Below, piece after piece: positions 8,398 through 17,030 of a DNA stretch of 39,799 bases (within the stretch, counting starts at the first letter, position 1; each line of letters opens with the position of its first letter). Source of the stretch: a virus (lineage: Duplodnaviria; Caudoviricetes). The translations under genes were made by a program, and so were the position numbers. The stretch lies in IMG/VR virus record IMGVR_UViG_3300045580_000289, positions 1 through 39,799 of that record. The stretch is one strand, 5' to 3'. The notes below the pieces were generated by a model, which did not search any database, was not told the origin of the DNA, and was given only the letters and a program-made list of their open reading frames with translations.

Positions 8398-9692
8398 TAG
8401 GCGACCCCCGCGCCGGCGCGAGCCAGGGGCTTCGACCAGTCCGTTTTGGTGTTGAGGAAGGCTTCGTTGATGCCCATCACGCCGATGCGAAGGGCGTCGG
8501 CCCCGTGCGAGGCCCAATCATGAAGCGGTTGAGATTTAATGGTCTGGAGCTTGTCGGAGAACTCGGAACGATAGTTCCGCAAGCAATCGATGCCGCGCTC
8601 GCAGTTCTTCTCGTCAATCCAGAAACGGTTGAACACCGCACGCACAGCATTGATGCCATCGTCCACCCGGTGATTTGCGACCACACGGGTTTTCAGTCCG
8701 CGCTCCTCGAGGAACTGCTTGCGGCTTTTCCCGGTCTGGAGCTCGCGGGCCTGCGCGTCGTGCGGCAGCAAATGCTCGTGGACGGCGTAGGGAAGAGCTT
8801 TGATGATGTCGACATAGGCGTCGAGGCCCTTCCCAGTGCCTTCGATGTAGTGGAGCCAATGCCATTCGCGGTTGATGACCTGGAATGTCCAGATCGCCAT
8901 CGCATCGCCAATGCCAAGATCCCAGCAGGCGAAGACATCGGCCGAGCGGTCATGCGGAACCCGGCCAACACGGCCTTCGGTCTCGGCCGCAACCACGTCC
9001 CGACCGTAATAGGCGCCCTCGGTCAGAACCTCATAGCCGCCGCCCCAAATATGTTGGGCTTTCACCGGGTCGCGGAGATAATCGAAGGATTTCTCCTGCA
9101 GCAGCTCGGTCGGAAGGAAAGGGTTGTCCTCCCAATTCATCTCGACGCAAATCGCGTCCGGGCTCTTAACCGGCCCGCGGAAGAAGGAATCCACCGGATC
9201 CGCCTTGCGCCGCGGATTCCACGAGAACCAGAGCTCGCTTCCAGGCTTACGGATTGTTGGGCGCAGCACGTCGAAGGAACGCTGAGAAAGGCTTTGAGCC
9301 TCTTCCACCCAGGCGATGTCGAAGCCTTCCAGAGACTGAATGCCGATCGCATTCATGTCCTTCATGCCGCGGAAAATGATCAGCGAGCCATTCTTTGCGC
9401 GGATCTCTGTCTCGAGAACCTCGAACAGGCCACCAAGCGACATCTCGTTGATCTTGTCCACGAGAAGCTGCCGAACGGAATCGCGGATGGTGTTCTGGAC
9501 CTCGCGGATACAGACCACACGGGTCGGGCCCTGGATGCAGCGCAGGATGCAGAGCGTCGCGAAGCTATGCGACTTGCCAGAGCCGCGGCCGCCGTAGACG
9601 GCCTTATACCTGGCCGGGCGCGTCAAAGGCTCGAACTTGGCCGGAAGGTTGACCAGCAACTCGCCCTTCTTTGTCGGGCTCATCTGGTTCAC
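8397..9692 (-). CDS. terL: Terminase large subunit (PBSX/Terminase_3 type), 431 aa
   Basis: Walker A YGGRGSGKSH, Walker B WVEEA, WNP, nuclease WDLG and HDWASHGADA. Confidence 0.96.
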   Translation of the reverse strand: MNQMSPTKKGELLVNLPAKFEPLTRPARYKAVYGGRGSGKSHSFATLCILRCIQGPTRVVCIREVQNTIRDSVRQLLVDKINEMSLGGLFEVLETEIRAKNGSLIIFRGMKDMNAIGIQSLEGFDIAWVEEAQSLSQRSFDVLRPTIRKPGSELWFSWNPRRKADPVDSFFRGPVKSPDAICVEMNWEDNPFLPTELLQEKSFDYLRDPVKAQHIWGGGYEVLTEGAYYGRDVVAAETEGRVGRVPHDRSADVFACWDLGIGDAMAIWTFQVINREWHWLHYIEGTGKGLDAYVDIIKALPYAVHEHLLPHDAQARELQTGKSRKQFLEERGLKTRVVANHRVDDGINAVRAVFNRFWIDEKNCERGIDCLRNYRSEFSDKLQTIKSQPLHDWASHGADALRIGVMGINEAFLNTKTDWSKPLARAGAGVA

Positions 9693-10066
9693 GGCTGCGG
9701 CCCCGGAGGCGTGAGGAACTGTACGCCGATGCTGAGAGGCTGATTGTCCGGGCCCGTATGCTCGAGCTGTTGTTTCTCACGCCATTCTTCCGGCGCGGCA
9801 TTGGCGAGAGCAAAGCGGCGGGCATTGACGGCAGGCCCAGGCATGTCGGTCTGAAGCATGCCTTTTTCGAGATAACGTGTTCGGGCCGCCTGGCCCTTAA
9901 GGCAAGCTACAGAAAATTCGGGGTGAACAGAGCGCCACTCGTCAATTGTGATGCGGGCAACGCCGATCTCACCAGCGAAAGCAGTCAGAGACAGGCCCTC
10001 GCCCATCACCTTGACGACTAGGTCGCAATAGCTCGGATCATACTTGCTTGGCCGCCCAGCGGGCAT
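9689..10066 (-). CDS. terS: Terminase small subunit, 125 aa
   Basis: GRPSKY...HTH...W...HPEF and EHTG.D..P.I motifs; directly upstream of terL; GAGGG SD. Confidence 0.88.
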   Translation of the reverse strand: MPAGRPSKYDPSYCDLVVKVMGEGLSLTAFAGEIGVARITIDEWRSVHPEFSVACLKGQAARTRYLEKGMLQTDMPGPAVNARRFALANAAPEEWREKQQLEHTGPDNQPLSIGVQFLTPPGPQP

Positions 10067-10146
10067 TTTGTCCCTCGTGTGTTACCGCCCCGAGTGGACT
10101 TGGCGTCGTGGACATACGCTTCGGTCCACCCGAGGCAGCGACATGG

Positions 10147-10216
10147 AACATACCAAGAACTTTTCTTGTCAACAATAATATTGTCTCTACACATCAATGG
10201 GTTGACCCATGTGTGA
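10147..10216 (-). promoter_or_regulatory. Putative late promoter region with palindromes
   Basis: AT-rich gap; minus strand TTGTTGACAAGAAAAGTTCTTGGTATGTT (TGn extended -10); ACAATA-A-TATTGT and TGGGT-TG-ACCCA inverted repeats. Confidence 0.5.
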
Positions 10217-10217
10217 G

Positions 10218-10688
10218 TTAGGCTGGTTGCCGTTCCAGAATGTGGAGGCCTTGCTTGGTCATGCCGCAAAACGACCAGCCAGCCTTGTAAAAGCACCAGC
10301 CCCAGACTGGCCGGCTGCGTTCCATGGTAGGCTCAACTTTTCTGGGATTTACATAGGTGTAAAGCCGCTCACCCGGCCATCTGGCCCATGCTATCTTCAT
10401 GGCATCCGTCAGCATGTCGGAGGCCTTGCGCTGGCTCTCGTTACGGTAGATTGCGCAATTGACGCCCTGCTGCCCGTCGCCACTGATGAATTTGCGCCAA
10501 ACGCACAAAGCCTGCCCATCGGCCTGCATCAGCACCAGTTTCTCGCCTGGTCCGACGAACAGCTTTGGCCTCCGCCCATCGGCGTAAACATATCGGCTGT
10601 AGTGCCGGTCAAAGATGGAGCGGCAAGACGGGTCACCGTCCAGCATGTGCATCCAGCCTTCGCCTATGAGGAAAGGTTGAACGTTCAC
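10218..10688 (-). CDS. Mom/XF1762-like GNAT-fold DNA-modification protein, 156 aa
   Basis: RHYS motif, LYTYV, G.CFYKAGW..CG.T resemble Mom-family signature. Confidence 0.6.
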   Translation of the reverse strand: MNVQPFLIGEGWMHMLDGDPSCRSIFDRHYSRYVYADGRRPKLFVGPGEKLVLMQADGQALCVWRKFISGDGQQGVNCAIYRNESQRKASDMLTDAMKIAWARWPGERLYTYVNPRKVEPTMERSRPVWGWCFYKAGWSFCGMTKQGLHILERQPA

Positions 10689-10689
10689 G

Positions 10690-10896
10690 TCAGCCCCATA
10701 GATCAGGCCTCAGATCCCTCTTTGAGACCTGTCCTTGTGTGAACTTGTCGATCGCAACAGCCATCTCAGCCGATGGCCTGCCACGCTTCCTGGCGGTCCA
10801 GACTGCATGCTGTGAATAGCCGATGGCTCTGGCGAGGCGGGTCTCGCTGCCGGCGATCTCAATCGCTTTTCGGAAAAGGGATTCTGCCTCACTCAT
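10690..10896 (-). CDS. Cro/YdaS-like HTH regulator, 68 aa
   Basis: AI..AGS...LA..IG.SQ.AV....G.V....LRPD.W. Confidence 0.88.
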   Translation of the reverse strand: MSEAESLFRKAIEIAGSETRLARAIGYSQHAVWTARKRGRPSAEMAVAIDKFTQGQVSKRDLRPDLWG

Positions 10897-11162
10897 GCTG
10901 CAGCCTCTTCGCTCGCGTGCCCCATACCCATGGCGTTCATGTAAACCTCGAGCAAGGTCTCCTCTTCCAGGCGCTCTTCTGCCGTCTTCTTACGGAGCCT
11001 GACCAGCAACCGCATGATCTTGGTGTCGAAGCCCGTTGCCTTTGCCTCGGCATAGACCTCCTTGATGTCGCCAGAAATGGCGGCCTTCTCATCCTCGAGC
11101 CTCTCGATACGTTCTATGAGGCTGCGGAGGTGGCCGGCTGAATTGGAAAGGGTCTCGGTCAT
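10893..11162 (-). CDS. gapR: GapR / DUF2312 nucleoid-associated DNA-binding protein, 89 aa
   Basis: LRSLIERIERLEDEK..I..DIKEVYAEAK..GFD.KI.R. Confidence 0.93.
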   Translation of the reverse strand: MTETLSNSAGHLRSLIERIERLEDEKAAISGDIKEVYAEAKATGFDTKIMRLLVRLRKKTAEERLEEETLLEVYMNAMGMGHASEEAAA

Positions 11163-11194
11163 ATATGATCCTGTTGAGTTCGCTATTTGTTCTT

Positions 11195-11803
11195 CTAAGG
11201 GTTAGCGCCGATACTCCTGGCGTTCCGTGCCGCCAGCTCGGCCATGTCCTTCTCGTAGCCGTCCAGCAGCCTGTCCTTGTCAATGAACTGCGGCTTCTGT
11301 TCCTCGGCCTCTGGTTGGTAGCGTTGGTAATGGTGCGGCTTTGGCATTTTCGTCTTGTATGCCGCGATCGTGGCTTCCCTCTTGGCCGCAGATGCAAGAT
11401 CCAGCCGCTCAGGCCGGTAGTTTCGCATGAACCAGTTGGCGGCCTCCTGATCGCCCTGCACCGTGGCGTCTCCGTCGAACTCATGGGGCCAGCCAGCCGG
11501 CACCGTGAAGCACTTTCCTTCCTTGCCGCGCGCGTCCATGAACTTGAGAGGGATCTTTCGGGCGGCAAGATATGCGCGCCACGCGCCCCATTGCCTGGGA
11601 TTTGACTTCCACTCGATACCCTGTGACACACCATCCGCGAGGGCAATGACAGCGCCGCCATACATGCCAATGAAGGCAGAACCGATCTCCTGATAGTTCT
11701 CGGCCGTCACGTTATGAACGAGATGGCGCGGCGTGTTTCTTGAGGACGGCAAGCCACTGGGCTTCTTTGCTTTCGACGGACGTTCCAGCGTCATATCGGT
11801 CAT
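11195..11803 (-). CDS. Hypothetical protein in replication-partner position
   Basis: Overlaps 3' end of replication gene; GGAG before ATG 11803. Confidence 0.6.
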   Translation of the reverse strand: MTDMTLERPSKAKKPSGLPSSRNTPRHLVHNVTAENYQEIGSAFIGMYGGAVIALADGVSQGIEWKSNPRQWGAWRAYLAARKIPLKFMDARGKEGKCFTVPAGWPHEFDGDATVQGDQEAANWFMRNYRPERLDLASAAKREATIAAYKTKMPKPHHYQRYQPEAEEQKPQFIDKDRLLDGYEKDMAELAARNARSIGANP

Positions 11804-12326
11804 TCCAGCGGTCTCCATTGAGCCAGGTGCGGGGTTGGGGGATGAACTCGGTGCCGACCTTGCCGCGAGCCGTCATGGCCTGGGCAAAGTGCTGGGCGCC
11901 TTCGATGATGGTTGTGAGAGAAGCCCGTTTCCTGGCCGCAGCGAAAGCTTTCACGGCAGACTTGCGGTCCATCGCCCCATCACGCTTCGGGTAAACGCTC
12001 CAGAAAGCATCGAAGCCGTCTGGATCTGTCGCTGAAACGGCTTTGGAAGGGGAAAGGGGTAGGTTTTTAATATCTAACTTAGAGGGTATATTTATAATAT
12101 TATCCTCTACGCGCGCGAGGAGCGTTACATCCTCGTCACTATCGCGTGACTTTGGCGTTACAGTAACGCTACTGTGACGTTCTCTGTAACGCTGTTGTCG
12201 CATCGCTGTTGCGTTACGCTTGGCTTCGTCTGCCTCAAGCTGCTCAGCGAGAAACAGGAGCGCCTCTGCCATAGCCTCCGCAGGCATGGCAGCAATTCTT
12301 TTGAGAGTGGCCGCCGTTATCTTCAC
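11712..12326 (-). CDS. Replication initiation protein, 204 aa
   Basis: RQQRYRER, F..FWS.YPK...K..A..AF, FIP.P.TWLN..RW.D; internal iterons. Confidence 0.85.
   Translation of the reverse strand: MKITAATLKRIAAMPAEAMAEALLFLAEQLEADEAKRNATAMRQQRYRERHSSVTVTPKSRDSDEDVTLLARVEDNIINIPSKLDIKNLPLSPSKAVSATDPDGFDAFWSVYPKRDGAMDRKSAVKAFAAARKRASLTTIIEGAQHFAQAMTARGKVGTEFIPQPRTWLNGDRWNDRYDAGTSVESKEAQWLAVLKKHAAPSRS
12063..12217. other. Putative replication origin: iterons plus AT-rich tract inside rep gene
   Basis: GCGTTAC or its complement GTAACGC at 12122, 12155, 12163, 12186, 12211; AT-rich 12063-12103. Confidence 0.7.
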
Positions 12327-12931
12327 GCCGCCTTCTCCGTCTTGAACTCAAGATCCAGCGCCACAAGGCAGGCTTCCAGCTTCGGCCGGAACTTGCTTAT
12401 CTGCTGGTCAATCTTCTGAATGCCGTGGATCACGGTCGAGTGATCACGGCGCGCAAAGGCGCCTATCTGAGTCGTGGGGCGCGACGTGTAGTTCTTGCAG
12501 ATCCAATAAAAAACCTGCCGAGCCTCCGCGAGAGGCGTCGTCCGCCGATCGCTCATCAAATCAAGCTCGCCGATTTTCCACACGTCACAGACGGCGGAAG
12601 CAATCTCGCGCATCGTGGGCTCAACCTCGCGTCTGGCGAAAACCCGCGAGGCCCACTGGTCCCGCTTAGACCACATCTGATTTATAGCTGTGTGCGATCG
12701 ACCGAGAGCTGCAGCAATCACAAGGCTGTTTTGCCCTGCCCTCTTCATCAGCGTCAGTATTTTTATATCTGCGTCGGTCCAGGGCGCCGCTGTGGAGCCG
12801 TCCTCGCGAAACTGCGGGTTCCACTCCTTCTTTTTCAGAATATCCACAACGGCTGGCTTTCCCGCATCCGAGACCCTGTAGGTCCAAAAATGCCCGTCAA
12901 GCTCCTGAGCAATATCGACCTCTGTCCACAT
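12323..12931 (-). CDS. Protein with DnaA C-terminal (domain IV) HTH and an N-terminal HTH, 202 aa
   Basis: DL.S.RR......ARQV..W......S...IG....RDHSTVIHG; WTDAD...IA..LGRS. Confidence 0.85.
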   Translation of the reverse strand: MWTEVDIAQELDGHFWTYRVSDAGKPAVVDILKKKEWNPQFREDGSTAAPWTDADIKILTLMKRAGQNSLVIAAALGRSHTAINQMWSKRDQWASRVFARREVEPTMREIASAVCDVWKIGELDLMSDRRTTPLAEARQVFYWICKNYTSRPTTQIGAFARRDHSTVIHGIQKIDQQISKFRPKLEACLVALDLEFKTEKAA

Positions 12932-13168
12932 TCAAATAAACTCCCTGCGCTTGAAATTGAGATGCTGAGGACCGCATTTCCCAGTGCCGTTGGCGTGGCT
13001 GCGCTCAGGCTCAGGGGCGTTGTCGCGCTCCCAGACGCACCGGATGGAATGGCCTTGGAACGCGAGGATCTGCGGTGATGAACACCAGCGACCACCCTCC
13101 CGATCGGGGTGCATGAACTCGCAATCCCGGCACATGTTGTCGGTCGTCGTCGAATACTGCGGGCTCAT
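12932..13168 (-). CDS. Cys-rich hypothetical protein (possible Zn binding), 78 aa
   Basis: CRDC..C..C..CGP; ATGA coupling. Confidence 0.7.
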   Translation of the reverse strand: MSPQYSTTTDNMCRDCEFMHPDREGGRWCSSPQILAFQGHSIRCVWERDNAPEPERSHANGTGKCGPQHLNFKRREFI

Positions 13169-14490
13169 GCAGCCTCCATCTCATTGCCGTGAGCGGCCCA
13201 GCCATCGCGGGGAGAACGGCTGAAAAGCTCAATCTTCGGCGTTGTGGGGAACAGGGCCTCGATCATCTCAGCAAAGGCTGCAGGCTTCTCAGAATGGCGC
13301 GAAACAGGCGCCTGGACGACGGATGTCGGCTGAGAGCCGGGCGCAGGGGCCGGAATCGCGCCCTTGGTGCCTATCAGCAGCAGCTCGTGCTGATTCCGGG
13401 CCCAGTAACCCGTGCCCATCCGGTCCTTCACCCAGACGACGTGGCTTTTGTAGGTGAAGCCCCAGGCGCGCATGACCTCGAGTGCCTCGGGCAACATGGG
13501 GCTGGTGGCCCAGAGGAACAGCACGGAATCATCGGCAGCCGGAACTTTCAGGGCCTTAATGGCCTCGAGGTCCATGGTCGGGTAATGGTTGTCGGCCGAG
13601 CGGTCCATGCCAGCCTCGCTGTAGGTCTCGAAACGCCAGGGCGGATCTGCGTACACCACGCCATAAACCGCGGCCTCTGAGGCAAGCGAGACGGTGATCG
13701 TCTTCTCGGCCAGGGCCTTCTCTTTCTCGGCGCGAGCGAGCTGCTTCATCACCGGCTTGGCACTGACCTTCTCACCGGCCGCGGCGCGCTTGATCAGCGC
13801 CTCCTGCTGGGGCTGGGGAAGCTTGGCGAGGGCGTCGAGCTCCTCGCCTTTGTCGAGACTGGTGCCGACGACCTTGGCGATGGAATCGATCTTGGTGCCG
13901 CGGGCGGCATCCTTCTGAACGGCGCTCTCGGAGCGGCCAGTCTTGGCGGCGGTGTCGGCACTGAACCGCCTTGCCTGGCGTTGAAGGATCTCGTTGAAGA
14001 GTGCCTCTTCGGCAGGATCGTAAACTTTACGATCTTCCACCTTGCTATGCTGGTTGGCGCGGTTTTGGTGTTTCCCGTTCTTCGTCTCCGGGTAGAGCTC
14101 TTCATAGAGCTTCTTCCGCTCGGAAACGTGCATGGCGCGCTCAGCCGGTGAAAGCTCACCCCTTGCGAGGTTCTCATCGATCTCCGCCAGACGGGCCTCG
14201 GCATCGCCGGTCTCGACGATGATCGCCGGGATGGCCTGCCAGCCCAATTTCTTGGCGGCCTCGAGGCGGTGAAGGCCGGCGATCAGCCAATAGCCCGTGC
14301 CCTTCTGGGGGCGCAGGATAATCGGGTTGATGAGGCCGACCTGGCGCATGGAATCGGCCAACCTCTCGACGTTTTTGGCGTCAAGCTGGCGCAGACGATC
14401 GGCATAGCCAATGCCGTTGATGTTGATCTGCCGGGATTGAGGAGGGGCGAACCCCTCCTCCGTCGCGAATGATCTGGCTTCCGCCTTCAT
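13165..14490 (-). CDS. ParB/Srx domain fused to MT-A70-family adenine methyltransferase, 441 aa
   Basis: GLINPI...LIAGLHRLEA...EIDENLAR.EL; YADPPW, HYPTM, LFLWAT, WGFTY, HELLLIG, HSEKP, IELFSR. Confidence 0.92.
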   Translation of the reverse strand: MKAEARSFATEEGFAPPQSRQININGIGYADRLRQLDAKNVERLADSMRQVGLINPIILRPQKGTGYWLIAGLHRLEAAKKLGWQAIPAIIVETGDAEARLAEIDENLARGELSPAERAMHVSERKKLYEELYPETKNGKHQNRANQHSKVEDRKVYDPAEEALFNEILQRQARRFSADTAAKTGRSESAVQKDAARGTKIDSIAKVVGTSLDKGEELDALAKLPQPQQEALIKRAAAGEKVSAKPVMKQLARAEKEKALAEKTITVSLASEAAVYGVVYADPPWRFETYSEAGMDRSADNHYPTMDLEAIKALKVPAADDSVLFLWATSPMLPEALEVMRAWGFTYKSHVVWVKDRMGTGYWARNQHELLLIGTKGAIPAPAPGSQPTSVVQAPVSRHSEKPAAFAEMIEALFPTTPKIELFSRSPRDGWAAHGNEMEAA

Positions 14491-15530
14491 GCGATCACCG
14501 GGAAATCTTTGGTGTCATCCCAGGCCAGAGAGGCCGCCGTCGCGCCCGTGCCCTTGGCATAGGTGTGCAGCGCCTTGATGATCATCGCATTGCGCTGGGT
14601 CTCGTGGATCCGCCCCATGTTCTGAGAACGGATCTTCTCCACCAGGTTCACGAGCTTCTTGGCCCCGCCCTTCATCGCCTTAAGGTCGGCCATGAATGCA
14701 GAGGCCGCCTTGTCGTGCTTCTGGCGGAAAATGTAGAGAATGGCCGCCAGTGCGCTTTCGTGCAGCACCTTCGCCGTCTTGCAGGCATACTTGGCCTCAG
14801 CCACGCAATTGTCGAAGAGCGGCTGCTTTAGGCCCCGGTACGTGTCGAGGAGCTCGTTGTTCGTGTAGGTCATGGCGCGGTTCGTAGGCTGATCGCTGGT
14901 CAAGATCAGAACCCACCGCACGGCTGCGGATGCGCTGCTGGCATTGGTGATACCGGCAATGGCGAACACATCATCGCCCTTGCGCTTCCGGCCCGTGTCC
15001 ATGACGGAGAAACTCTCATCATCGATGCCGAAGACGATGTAGGTCTCGAAATTGACACCGGAGCGAATGCAGGCTGCGAGGCGGTGCTGGCCGTCGCGCA
15101 GGATACCGGACCGGCCGAACTTGATCGTGTCGCCGGTGAGCTTCCAGCGGCCCACGGTCATGTCCTGAGCATACTGGACGATATGACTGGAGCGCGTCGG
15201 GCGATTGTGCGGGTTCAGGTCGTTGAGGATGTACTGGGCGAGGAGAGGCGTGACAGTGACACGCCGCGGGTTCTCGGGCGGGTTCTTCCGCAGGGCGTCG
15301 AGCATCGCTACCTGGCGCTCGATCGGGGAATTGGGATCGATGTAACGCGGGCCGCTCTCGAGGGCCGGCAGCGCATCGATCGGCGCCGGCTTGATGTCGA
15401 GCCCGCGCTTTCCCACCGCGATCTCAGCGATGCGGCCGGCATTGGTCTTGAAGAAGGCGGCAATGTCGTGCTGCTTGTCGCCACGCACGAGCATGCCCTT
15501 TACCATTGAGATTTCTTGGTTATTCAGCAT
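14487..15530 (-). CDS. HTH plus ParB/Srx-like (DGQHR) domain protein, 347 aa
   Basis: N-terminal KGML.RGD.QHDIAA.F..N.GRIAEI; VTP..A...L..N..NR.....V..YA.DM..G.W...G..I.F...G.L.DGQHRL.A. Confidence 0.8.
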   Translation of the reverse strand: MLNNQEISMVKGMLVRGDKQHDIAAFFKTNAGRIAEIAVGKRGLDIKPAPIDALPALESGPRYIDPNSPIERQVAMLDALRKNPPENPRRVTVTPLLAQYILNDLNPHNRPTRSSHIVQYAQDMTVGRWKLTGDTIKFGRSGILRDGQHRLAACIRSGVNFETYIVFGIDDESFSVMDTGRKRKGDDVFAIAGITNASSASAAVRWVLILTSDQPTNRAMTYTNNELLDTYRGLKQPLFDNCVAEAKYACKTAKVLHESALAAILYIFRQKHDKAASAFMADLKAMKGGAKKLVNLVEKIRSQNMGRIHETQRNAMIIKALHTYAKGTGATAASLAWDDTKDFPVIA

Positions 15531-15580
15531 TGTCTTCTCACTCTTGCCGGCCTCATTACCCCGGCCGGCTTGGGGAACTC

Positions 15581-15958
15581 TCAGGCCGCGGCGAACGCGT
15601 CGGCCTCGACGATCGTGATCTCGGCGGCAACACCAGCGGGAAGATCAACTGTCCAAAACAGGTTCAGACCCATGACGTGCTTGTCGTCGTCGATGGCATT
15701 GATGTGTTGGAGTAGGTCCAGAATGCCTTTGGCGCGATTATCCAGGTCGGCATTCGCTCGAGGGCGCCTCATCGCCACAGTAACGAAGACGGGCCCGGCA
15801 AAACGATGCTGCTTCATCAGTTGCGGCATGAGGTTCCATTCCTCACCACGCAGGAAGGTCATGTATTCTGCCGTGCGATAGGTCTTCCCGCCTTTCGTGT
15901 GGCGGTAGAGATGGTTCACACTGGGCGGCAATGCATCAAGGCGCAGCTTGGTTTTCAT
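15581..15958 (-). CDS. rusA: RusA-family Holliday junction resolvase, 125 aa
   Basis: PPSVN.LY, DLDN..K..LD.L.....I.DD. Confidence 0.9.
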   Translation of the reverse strand: MKTKLRLDALPPSVNHLYRHTKGGKTYRTAEYMTFLRGEEWNLMPQLMKQHRFAGPVFVTVAMRRPRANADLDNRAKGILDLLQHINAIDDDKHVMGLNLFWTVDLPAGVAAEITIVEADAFAAA

Positions 15959-15975
15959 GGCGTCAGATCCGCCGC

Positions 15976-16338
15976 TTAACCGCGTCTGCCGCCAACACGG
16001 CGCGCTTCGCGTTCTGGACCGAAAAGATCGCCAAGTTCTTCAATGCATTCACGAAAAAGAGCAGGATCACTCTCCTGCATCGCGAGAATAGTTTGAAATG
16101 CTGCTGCCTTGAGTTTCCGATCATGTTCTGCCGCCCGTTGCCTGATTTGATCCGCGATGTGCGCGGGAATATTTTTCCACTCGCGATACCAACCATGCCG
16201 AGCCTGGTTGAACGTGAGGCCACTGTTACGCGCGGCCCTGCGAATGCACGCCTTCACTGACTCGCCCGGCTCGCTCGGGCTGGCGAGCTGCCGAAGCAGC
16301 GCGCTGATTTCGTCCTGCACTTTCTCCGCAGAGGTCAT
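15976..16338 (-). CDS. CII-position DNA-binding protein, 120 aa
   Basis: GAGGA SD; SVKA.I.RAAR..GL......WY.E pattern downstream of cro. Confidence 0.65.
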   Translation of the reverse strand: MTSAEKVQDEISALLRQLASPSEPGESVKACIRRAARNSGLTFNQARHGWYREWKNIPAHIADQIRQRAAEHDRKLKAAAFQTILAMQESDPALFRECIEELGDLFGPEREARRVGGRRG

Positions 16339-16417
16339 GCGTTCCTCATGCGCGGATGATCTTTCCGCCCGCACGGATGCGGATATCAGTATTTTCACTG
16401 ACGGAAAGGAGGGCCTC

Positions 16418-16591
16418 ATGAAAAAGGTGATCAGCTTCAAGGAATGGAAACGGGCGCGACTCGGCGTGAATGACGGCACGCCTGTTCGTCGCCGCGCCCG
16501 GTCCACGCACCGGGGGGAGGCACCCAGCGGTTTCGTGACAATTGGCGTTTTGAGCGCCGAACTCGTGCGGCGCCTGATGGACGAGGAATAA
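16418..16591 (+). CDS. Antisense small basic protein, 57 aa
   Basis: AAAGGAGG SD 6 nt before ATG; ends at hairpin. Confidence 0.55.
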   Translation: MKKVISFKEWKRARLGVNDGTPVRRRARSTHRGEAPSGFVTIGVLSAELVRRLMDEE

Positions 16592-16626
16592 AAAGTGGCC
16601 CGCGTTCTGGGATTTGACGCGGGCCA
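16588..16626 (-). terminator. Intrinsic terminator after cro (tR1-like)
   Basis: TGGCCCGCGT-loop-ACGCGGGCCA followed by CTTTTTA on minus strand. Confidence 0.7.
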
Positions 16627-16695
16627 AGTTGCCGCCCCGCGCACAGGGGGGCGCGGTCACTGGTCTGGAAAGGGGGACGGCCAGCGCGGCGGGGT

Positions 16696-16944
16696 TCATG
16701 CGGCATCCCCAAAGGCGTGGGGACGCTCAACGTGGGCAGGCCATTCCGCATTGTCTGGCCAATTGGCGGAAAACCAACGCATGGCGCGTTCAAAATTGCC
16801 GGTCGATAAATCTCCGCCTGCAGAAATCCTGTCCAAAACATGACCTGCATTGAAAACAATCGTAGATACACGAGCGCGAGAGAGGCTGCGCGCGGAGGCA
16901 TAACCGTCAGCTACAGCGATAAGTTGGTCTCGGAGGGGCGTCAT
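16696..16944 (-). CDS. cro: Cro-like antirepressor, 82 aa
   Basis: Divergent from cI; S.ARVST.VFN.G..L.RI..G.D......RA..WFS.NWP..A.WP..V.RP. Confidence 0.8.
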   Translation of the reverse strand: MTPLRDQLIAVADGYASARSLSRARVSTIVFNAGHVLDRISAGGDLSTGNFERAMRWFSANWPDNAEWPAHVERPHAFGDAA

Positions 16945-16952
16945 GCGACAAG

Positions 16953-17030
16953 ATATTGCGGATTGTTATCCGCACTGTCAAGGGATAACTATCCGCTCCC
17001 TGCAAACCTGTGGCGCGGATAAAATGCCGC
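16953..17030. promoter_or_regulatory. OR-like operator triplet with cro promoter
   Basis: GCGGATTGTTATCCGC 16958-16973, AGGGATAACTATCCGC 16981-16996, GCGGATAAAATGCCGC 17015-17030; minus strand TTGACA-N17-CAATAT. Confidence 0.85.

Noticed and set aside
4043-9743. Long plus-strand ORFs opposite capsid, scaffold, portal and terminase (also 32307-33653, 35179-36411)
   Set aside because: Shadow ORFs from high-GC codon bias; no SD or recognisable motifs, and the opposite strand carries clear genes
14487-15530. DndB / phosphorothioation system
   Set aside because: DGQHR is shared across ParB/Srx-fold proteins and no dnd or ssp genes are present
16346-16699. 117-aa minus-strand ORF after cro
   Set aside because: It runs through a terminator hairpin and overlaps a better-supported antisense ORF; a short coupled peptide cannot be excluded
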